Positions 57,262 through 64,000 of a DNA stretch of 64,000 nt are shown here, one piece after another. Below the pieces are notes generated by a model. It did no database searches. It was not told the DNA's origin and saw only the letters and a list, made by a program, of their open reading frames with translations. The stretch is from contig CBDETY010000003.1 in the NCBI GenBank assembly GCA_965243025.1, positions 3,648,001 to 3,712,000 on the forward strand, in the 5' to 3' direction. Position 1 is the stretch's first letter; each line of letters starts with the position of its first letter. A program made the position numbers and the translations under genes. The DNA comes from Candidatus Latescibacterota bacterium. GTDB lineage: Bacteria; Latescibacterota; UBA2968; UBA8231.

Positions 57262-59502
57262 TCAGAAAGCCAGGCTGACTATACCTGGTATCTTTTCCAC
57301 CCCGGTTCCGGCGTCGAGGGTGACGACGAAGATGTAGTTTCCAGGAGGCATCAGATCTCCCGCTTCGTTGCGACCGTCCCAATGCTGGGTGAAACGGCCG
57401 CTGGACTTGAGCCCGCTGTAGATTCTGATGCGCCTCCCCGACAGGTCGTAGATTGCGAAATCGAGCTGGGTGGGTCTGGCGATGTTGGTGATATCACAGG
57501 CTATCGACACGGATTCGTTGATGCCGTCCCCGTTTGGTGAAAACGCCGCCGGGGTCGCCGTGACGTTGACCAGCAGCTTGTCGATGACCGGTACATCGAC
57601 GAACAGGTTGCGCAACACCGGTGTTCCGATCGGGTCGGTGTCGGGGTCGGTTTGCCCTGAACGGCTCAGGTCCGCTGCATTTCCCGGCTCGAGTGGCTGA
57701 CCGAAGACCGGATCCTGCTCGTTCAGGGCCTCCCCGCTGAAGCGGGTTCCGACCCGCAGGACGGTGCTGTGAAAATCGACCCGCAACAGGGTGCCGGTTT
57801 CATCGATGTGCGGGAATTCCAGTGTGAAGCCGCTGGTGTCGTTTTCCACGACGGTGAAATCGCCTGCGGCCGCGGGAGTATCGGTTACCGACATGCCGGT
57901 GAAATCGCTCTCGTGGCGAACCGCACCGTCAGCTGAAAAGATCTGCACCGAGCCGATGTTCCGGGTCTGCAGCGGAGTGGTGATGCGCAGGCTGCCGAAC
58001 CCGAGATCCAGACCCTTGCTCGTGTAGAGGACGGCGTAGGTGAAAGCGGTTTCCTCTCCGAGAATCGCCGAACGGGGAAAGATCTCCGCAAGAAGTGAAT
58101 CGGCAAACACCGGACGCGAAACGTCGAAACCCAGCCCCCCGATGCCGGTTGCCGAATCGAAGGTTTCGTTGGCGAAGCCGATCCTGAACTGGAAGTAGCG
58201 CCTTGTACCGCTGGTGACGATGGGAACGCCCGCGGTCGCCTCCTCGAGAGCTGCCTCGTCCACGACCCCGTTCATAGTGTAAGGGGGGGACCAGGCGCTC
58301 CAGTTGGTCAGGTCGTCCCTGATCGCGGACCTGGCGTCCTGGTCCAGGCCGAAATAGGAGGCGTTGTCGAGGGTGATCGATTGCCGCTCCTCGAGGGAAA
58401 GGTTGTTGAAGGTCAGCAGCGATTCGCGGCCGTCCCCGTCGGGATTGTCGAGCACGGTCTCGATCAAGGCTGCCAGGTCGGCGTCCTCGACCTCGGATGC
58501 AGGCTTCCAGGGGGCGTCGATCGGGATATCCTCCACGGTCGCCCCGCGGCGCACGACCCTGCCGGAGGGCTGCACGCCGATGCGGGTGTACTCGACCGGA
58601 TCGGGATCGTTGCCCGAACGAGTCTGGATGAATACCTGGGAACGATCCGGGTCTCCGAGCTGTTCCTGGGTCCAACGGATGTTTCCGAGAATGGCGCGCT
58701 CACCGAAGTCGAAAACGTTCGAGACGTAGGTGGCCTGGGGTACGAAGCCATCGCTGAAAACCTGCATCTCCGCGATCTCGAAGCCAACGGAGGACAGGGA
58801 TTTCAGCCGGATGTGGCGGACGAACTGGGTCGGTATTCTCAGGTCGACGACAGCCTCCTCGTTCTGTCCTTCGAGGGCGATCGTTTCCCAGATCAGGGCC
58901 CCGTCTCGCACCGATTCCGGGGCGCCGTCGTTGACGAACAGTTCGTAACCCTTGATGAACTCGCGCTGGTTGGGAAATGCCGGGGCCGGGTAATCCTCGG
59001 CGGCGTTGCGCGGAAAGAAACGGAAGCGGTTGACGCCGAATACCGACCCGAGATCGAACTGCATGATCAACCCGAACGCGCCGGCGCTCGATCCGGCCGA
59101 CAGCGCCTTAACCTCGAGAGCGGTGTTGCCGTCGCCGTCGTACATGTTGGGAAAGTTGCCCTCGAGCGTGCGAAAAGAAGGCAGCGGCGTGAAAACCTGC
59201 CCGCCTCGATCGACAACTCCCAGGAGAATGTTGTCGGAGGTGTCGGCCTGCTGCGGAAAGATCCAGCCAGGTCTGTCGAGCAGGTCAAAGTCGATAACCC
59301 CACCCGGGGTGTTGGTTTCATCGACGTTCCTGTCGTCGAGAATCACGGTGGCAGGAATATCCCCTCCACCGCTTTCCCAAGGCAGGCCGGTAACCCCGAC
59401 GACCATGGATTCGGTCGTGGCATCTGAAACTCCGGCCGAGAGGAGGGCAAACGCACAGATTGCTGCAAAAACCGGGGCTCGGGCAGCGTCGAGTTTGGTC
59501 AT
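57262..59502 (-). CDS. Secreted discoidin-like/FlgD(CHU_C)-tail protein, paralog H
   Basis: Signal peptide; YDGDGNT, FDLGSVFGVNRFRFFPR, FEIAEMQVFSDG, IQTRSG, WSAWSPPY, RRYFQFR, FSPNGDGINE, WDGRNEAG.LMPPGNY; ends VSLAF. Confidence 0.87.
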   Translation of the reverse strand: MTKLDAARAPVFAAICAFALLSAGVSDATTESMVVGVTGLPWESGGGDIPATVILDDRNVDETNTPGGVIDFDLLDRPGWIFPQQADTSDNILLGVVDRGGQVFTPLPSFRTLEGNFPNMYDGDGNTALEVKALSAGSSAGAFGLIMQFDLGSVFGVNRFRFFPRNAAEDYPAPAFPNQREFIKGYELFVNDGAPESVRDGALIWETIALEGQNEEAVVDLRIPTQFVRHIRLKSLSSVGFEIAEMQVFSDGFVPQATYVSNVFDFGERAILGNIRWTQEQLGDPDRSQVFIQTRSGNDPDPVEYTRIGVQPSGRVVRRGATVEDIPIDAPWKPASEVEDADLAALIETVLDNPDGDGRESLLTFNNLSLEERQSITLDNASYFGLDQDARSAIRDDLTNWSAWSPPYTMNGVVDEAALEEATAGVPIVTSGTRRYFQFRIGFANETFDSATGIGGLGFDVSRPVFADSLLAEIFPRSAILGEETAFTYAVLYTSKGLDLGFGSLRITTPLQTRNIGSVQIFSADGAVRHESDFTGMSVTDTPAAAGDFTVVENDTSGFTLEFPHIDETGTLLRVDFHSTVLRVGTRFSGEALNEQDPVFGQPLEPGNAADLSRSGQTDPDTDPIGTPVLRNLFVDVPVIDKLLVNVTATPAAFSPNGDGINESVSIACDITNIARPTQLDFAIYDLSGRRIRIYSGLKSSGRFTQHWDGRNEAGDLMPPGNYIFVVTLDAGTGVEKIPGIVSLAF

Positions 59503-59659
59503 ATTCGATGGCTTCTCCGGGCAGGTGGAGACCGGATCGATTATGATTTATGGGAAGGGTGAGTGTAGTTTGTATGGCAACCGGGACATGCGCCCACGGG
59601 AACGAGCGTGGTGCAAATGAACAGCGAAAAAGTCGGGTGGTCAAGTAATTAAATGTATC

Positions 59660-61561
59660 GTGACAACGTTCCGGTCGTCTGGGGAGGATCTGCCGACAGG
59701 TATGTCAACACCCTTTCCTGAATGGCCTTCGGTCCGCGGCGACAAAAAGCCTCAAGTGCCTGTAAAGACACGTCTTGCATCGATTTTTCGGGTCCTGTCC
59801 GCGGCTCTTGGAATCCTGGCCTGCTCCCCGGAACCCGAGGATTCCGCAGATGATGGCCTCGATCCTGCGGCGCGCAGCGCCCTGGCGCAGCACTCCGAGG
59901 CGGCGGTGCAGAATCCCGGCCAGCCGCAGGCCCATTACAACCTCGGGGTTGCCCTTGCCCGCGCCGGCCGTCACGAGGAAGCCGAAGCGAGTTACCGGCG
60001 GGCGCTTGAACTCGAACCGGAGTACGCCCTCAGCTATCAGGGGCTGGGCCAGCTCGCCTTCCGCCGCGGCGCCAACGATATCGCCGCCAGTTACTTTCGC
60101 CGCGCCGTCGCCGTCGACAGCACACTCGCCGTGGCCCACAACAACCTCGGCCACATACACCACCGCAAGGGAGATGTAGAGGTTGCGGTCCGACACTACG
60201 AACGCGCCGTCCGCCACGAACCCGGACATGCCCAGTACCTGCTGAACCTCGGTCTCGCCTATCGCGCCCTCGGCCGCTTCGACCGCTCCCTGGCGATGGT
60301 GGAGCGCGCCGCCTCCCTCGACAGCACCCTGCAGAACCTCGAGGTCATTCTCGCTTCTCTGTACCTCGCCGACCAGCGCCTTCCCGAGGCCCTCTCCTCG
60401 TACCGGGACCTGGTCGACAAGGGCGGCGGCGCCGGCGCGCACACGGGCCTCGGCGACGTGTACGCCATGCTGTCCGACCTCGACAAGTCCGCGGCCCAGT
60501 ACCGAAGGGTGCTGCAGCTCGATCCGGACAATCCGGAGGTGCATCACAAGCTGGCCAGGGTGCTCGACTTCCAGGGGAACCTGCCCGAGGCGATCCAACT
60601 GCTCGAGAAGGCGGTGCGCCTCGATGAAACCTCGGTTCCCGCCCTGCAGTCCCTGGCCCTGCTCTACGGAAAGGAATCGCGCACCGAGGACGCGGAACGC
60701 GCCCTGTCGAAGGCCAGGGCCCTCGACGGAGACAACGTCGACACTCTGCTGCTTCTGGGAGAGCTGTACACGCGCCAGGGGCGCTACGACGAAGCCGAAC
60801 CGGCCCTCGCCGCGGCGCGCGACCGCGAGCCCTCCCGGGGGGAATGCTGGCGCCTGCTGGGGCTGCTTTACAATGACTGGGGCCGCGGCCCGGAGGCCGA
60901 GAGCGCCCTGCGCAAGGCGGTGGAGCTCGACCCGGCGGCAGCTCCAACGCATTTCAACCTCGCCGCGGCGCTGCGCGGCCTCGGAAAGGGAGCCGCGGCC
61001 GACAGCAGCATGCGGCGCTTCGAGATGCTGCGCGGGATCTCGGAGGAGGTCGCCGAGAGGAAGGGGACGCTGCACCAGACTCCCGGCGACATCCAGAAAC
61101 GGCTGACCCTGGCGCGACATCACCTGATGCTCGGTCAGAGGGAGCAGGCCCGGGTGCAGTACCAGGCCGTCCTCGCTTTGGACCCGTCCCGTGCCGAGGC
61201 CCGACTGGCGCTGGTTCGCATGTACGTCGAGCTGGGCCGGACTCCAACCGCCCTCAGGCTCTGCATGGAGGGGATCGAGCGCTATCCCGACCACCCCGAT
61301 CTCGACCGGCTTTATTTCGCCGCCGGGCAGGTGTATTTCACCGCGGGCCGCCCGAGCGAGGCAGAAGCTGCCTGGAAGCGGGCGCTCGAGCTCGACCCCG
61401 GGTACGACGAGGTGCATTTCGTGCTCGGGGCCCTGTACGAAAGCACGGGGCGCGAAGACCTTGCCGGGGATGCCTACCGTTCGTTCCTGCAGCGTTGGGA
61501 TTCCGATTCGCCCAAGGCGGCCGCCGCCCGGAAAGGCCTGGAGCGCCTCGCCTCCCGCTGA
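59660..61561 (+). CDS. TPR-repeat lipoprotein (start may be downstream)
   Basis: Lipobox-like LGILAC followed by many TPRs (AHYNLGVAL, AHNNLG, ALELDP). Confidence 0.88.
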   Translation: MTTFRSSGEDLPTGMSTPFPEWPSVRGDKKPQVPVKTRLASIFRVLSAALGILACSPEPEDSADDGLDPAARSALAQHSEAAVQNPGQPQAHYNLGVALARAGRHEEAEASYRRALELEPEYALSYQGLGQLAFRRGANDIAASYFRRAVAVDSTLAVAHNNLGHIHHRKGDVEVAVRHYERAVRHEPGHAQYLLNLGLAYRALGRFDRSLAMVERAASLDSTLQNLEVILASLYLADQRLPEALSSYRDLVDKGGGAGAHTGLGDVYAMLSDLDKSAAQYRRVLQLDPDNPEVHHKLARVLDFQGNLPEAIQLLEKAVRLDETSVPALQSLALLYGKESRTEDAERALSKARALDGDNVDTLLLLGELYTRQGRYDEAEPALAAARDREPSRGECWRLLGLLYNDWGRGPEAESALRKAVELDPAAAPTHFNLAAALRGLGKGAAADSSMRRFEMLRGISEEVAERKGTLHQTPGDIQKRLTLARHHLMLGQREQARVQYQAVLALDPSRAEARLALVRMYVELGRTPTALRLCMEGIERYPDHPDLDRLYFAAGQVYFTAGRPSEAEAAWKRALELDPGYDEVHFVLGALYESTGREDLAGDAYRSFLQRWDSDSPKAAAARKGLERLASR

Positions 61562-63357
61562 TGGCGGTCGCGCGCACGGCTGCGGTTCTCGCTGTCTTCG
61601 CAGCGACAGGCTGCCAGGAGGCCACCCCGCCGCACAGCCCGCCCCCCGCGGACGGCGCCGAGGCCGCCGGATCTCCCGTGAGGTTTGTCGACATCGCCGC
61701 CGAATCCGGCCTCGCCTTCCGGCACACCAACGGGGCGACCCCGCACAAGTACTTCCCGGAAACCGCAGGCGGAGGGGGCATGTTGTGGGATTTCGACGAC
61801 GACGGCCTCCTCGACATCTACCTCGTCAACAGCGGCTGGGTCGTGGAGGAAGACCGGGGGGAACCGGTGTACAACGCACTCTACCACAACACCGGCGCCG
61901 GAAGACTCGCGGAGGTAGCTGCCCGCGCCGGGGTCGATGACGCCGGCTACGGCATGGGCTGCGCCGCCGGCGATTACGACAACGACGGCGACCCGGATCT
62001 CTTCGTCACCAACTACGGACCGAACAGCTTCTTCAGGAACGACGGCGCCAGCCAACCTTCCGGGCACGTTTCGTTCGCCGAGGTATCGCAGCGTCTCGAG
62101 GTCGCCGACGGTCGCTGGGGAACGGGCAGCGCCTTCGCCGACTACGACCGCGACGGGGATCTCGATCTCTACGTCGCCAACTACGTCGACTACGTACCGA
62201 AACGGGATGTCGGGGCCTCGGTTCCGAACCTGCCGGCTCAGGATCTCGCCGGCTACGAAGGAGACATCCCGGCCTACCCACATCCGGGTGCCTTCCGCGG
62301 CAGCGCCGACATACTGTACCGCAACGACGGAGACCCGGGATTCCGCCAGGTGACGCGCGAAGCCGGCGTCCACGACGATAGCGGCAAGGGGCTCGGGGTG
62401 ATCTTCGGGGACTGCAACGGCGACGGCTGGCCCGATCTCTACGTCGCCAACGACCTGGTCCGCAACTTCCTGTTCATCAACAACGGGGACGGCACCTTCG
62501 AGGAGGCGGCCCTGCGCGCCGGGACCTCCTTCGGGCAGGACGGGAAAGTCGAGGCCGGCATGGGCGCGGACTTCGGCGACTACGACAACGACGGGGACCT
62601 CGACATTACCGTGACCAACTTCCAGAAGGAGCCGAACAGCCTCTACCGCAACGAGGGCAACGGCTTCTTCGCCAACGAGACCTTCGCCTCGGGAATCGGA
62701 CTGATCTCGCTGCCCCCCCTGGGTTTCGGGACCGGCTTTTTCGATTTCGACAACGACGGGCTTCTCGACCTTTTCGCTGCCAACGGACACGTCCTCGACA
62801 ACGTCGAGCTGTTCGACCGGTCGACGACCTACCCCCAGGCCAACCAGCTGCTGCGCAACCTCGGGCCCGGCAGGTACGGCAAGTTCACCTTCGCCGACGT
62901 CACGGCCGCTTCGGGGCCGGGGATGCAGCTGGTGCAACCGAGCCGGGGCAGCGCCTCCGGGGACTTCGACAACGACGGGGACGTCGACCTGCTGGTCGTC
63001 AATCTCGGGGAACCCGCGGTGCTGCTGCGCAACGACGGCGGCAACCGCGGCAACTGGCTTGCGATCGAAGCGGAGGGCGTGGCCAGCAACCGCGACGGCA
63101 TCGGCGCCCGCATCCGCGTCGTGTCCGGCGGCCTCGCCCAGACCAGGGAAGTGCGGGGAAGCCGCAGCTACCTTTCGCAGAGCGACCTGCGCGTGCACTT
63201 CGGGCTTGGCGAACGCACCCTCGCCGACAGCATCCTCATCTCCTGGCCGGCCGGCGGAAGCGACCTGGTTACCGGGGTTCGCGCCAACCAGTTCCTGGTG
63301 ATTCGCGAGGGCTCCGGCAGTAGCGGCCGCGACCGGGCGCAGGCGGGCTCGCTTTGA
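61561..63357 (+). CDS. CRTAC1-like FG-GAP/ASPIC-UnbV lipoprotein
   Basis: ATG overlaps the TPR stop; AATGC lipobox-like; DYDNDGDxD repeats, AGMG, SNRDGIGARI, SYLSQSDLRVHFGLG. Confidence 0.88.
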   Translation: MAVARTAAVLAVFAATGCQEATPPHSPPPADGAEAAGSPVRFVDIAAESGLAFRHTNGATPHKYFPETAGGGGMLWDFDDDGLLDIYLVNSGWVVEEDRGEPVYNALYHNTGAGRLAEVAARAGVDDAGYGMGCAAGDYDNDGDPDLFVTNYGPNSFFRNDGASQPSGHVSFAEVSQRLEVADGRWGTGSAFADYDRDGDLDLYVANYVDYVPKRDVGASVPNLPAQDLAGYEGDIPAYPHPGAFRGSADILYRNDGDPGFRQVTREAGVHDDSGKGLGVIFGDCNGDGWPDLYVANDLVRNFLFINNGDGTFEEAALRAGTSFGQDGKVEAGMGADFGDYDNDGDLDITVTNFQKEPNSLYRNEGNGFFANETFASGIGLISLPPLGFGTGFFDFDNDGLLDLFAANGHVLDNVELFDRSTTYPQANQLLRNLGPGRYGKFTFADVTAASGPGMQLVQPSRGSASGDFDNDGDVDLLVVNLGEPAVLLRNDGGNRGNWLAIEAEGVASNRDGIGARIRVVSGGLAQTREVRGSRSYLSQSDLRVHFGLGERTLADSILISWPAGGSDLVTGVRANQFLVIREGSGSSGRDRAQAGSL

Positions 63358-63522
63358 CCCCGGAACCGGACCGCGGCGACCTGCCGTCCGCTGGCACTGA
63401 CAAGCTCCCGGCGCAAAGCCTCCCGCGGTGAGTCGGGCGCAAATGACACCGATGAAGGGGCGGTGCATCCGGTGAAGCTTCCCCATCTGCAACGACCCCG
63501 CGACCGCGGAAGGGGGTGAACC

Positions 63523-64000
63523 CTGCCCGGGCAGCGATTTCCCTTCCGGGCCGTCGGCGTCGGCGCCCTGATGGCCTTTGTCATAGCCACTTTGTTCCCC
63601 TACGGCGTCCTCGTCAGGGGCACCTCCATCGGCCCCACCGATTTCATCACCTCGGAGTCGCTGTTACTGCTGTTCCTCCTGGTCGTCGTCAACACCCCGG
63701 CGAGGTTGCTGCTGCCGCGGTTTGCCTTCTCGGCTCAGGAGCTGGTCGTCATCTACGCGATGATGATCGCCGCTTCCGCGGTCCCCATCATCGGCGTTAC
63801 CGCCCAGCTGATTCCCTTTCTGCCGGGCGTCTACTACTTCGCCACCCCCGAGAACCACTGGGACGAGCTGATCCACCCCTACGTGAAATCCTGGCTGGTC
63901 CCCCAGGACGAGGCCGCAATCCGCTACTTCTTCGAGGGCCTGCCGAAAGGTCTTTCCATCCCGTGGGAAGCGTGGATGGTCCCGCTGCTGATGTGGGGGT
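63523..64000 (+). CDS. DUF6785-type membrane protein, third paralog (3' truncated; start uncertain)
   Basis: Manual translation FPFRAVGVGAL...AFSAQELVVIY...GVYYFATPENHW...FFEGLPKG..IPW matches the N-terminus of 15203-17203. Absent from the ORF track because it runs off the window. Confidence 0.8.
   Translation, partial: MPGQRFPFRAVGVGALMAFVIATLFPYGVLVRGTSIGPTDFITSESLLLLFLLVVVNTPARLLLPRFAFSAQELVVIYAMMIAASAVPIIGVTAQLIPFLPGVYYFATPENHWDELIHPYVKSWLVPQDEAAIRYFFEGLPKGLSIPWEAWMVPLLMWG

Noticed and set aside
26529-59502. Flagellar hook-cap flgD genes or a canonical type IX secretion locus
   Set aside because: Only the C-terminal Ig-like tail resembles FlgD/CHU_C. No flagellar or T9SS core genes were recognised in the window, though they could be elsewhere in the genome.
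1-64000. CRISPR arrays, tRNA, rRNA, transposases
   Set aside because: No regularly spaced direct repeats, cloverleaf or rRNA-like segments, or DDE/HUH ORFs were seen by eye.

Overview
High-GC bacterial window. The gene mix (FlgD/CHU_C-tailed secreted proteins, internalin-like LRR, TPR, FG-GAP/ASPIC, Asp-box sialidase-like, DUF6785 transporters) resembles Latescibacterota/Gemmatimonadota/Poribacteria-like genomes, but this is inference only. The main feature is an apparently uncharacterised cell-envelope system. It comprises nine paralogous signal-peptide proteins with discoidin-like domain(s), a conserved '(Q/M/V)(T)RTG...W..W' stalk, an F(S/T)PN(G/A)DG.ND FlgD/CHU_C-type tail and an invariant terminal aromatic residue. 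It also has three paralogous large putative outer-membrane beta-strand proteins with an Asp/Asn-rich Ca-binding-like insert, a 300-aa secreted protein ending in a 'TAVE..SWG.IK' motif followed by a terminator, and a SurA/PrsA-like chaperone. Most of these lie in a minus-strand run at 36944-59502, with a second coupled module at 1-5955 and a further pair at 26529-32074. The paralogs show tandem duplication and patchy divergence, and one junction keeps a decayed PPIase 5' end next to a MITE terminus. The interval 6-26 kb holds catabolic enzymes, two multiheme cytochromes, two DUF6785 membrane proteins and small MITE-like elements that start at TAG stop codons. No rRNA, tRNA, CRISPR array, transposase or reverse transcriptase was seen. 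All family assignments are by eye from motifs; no searches were run.
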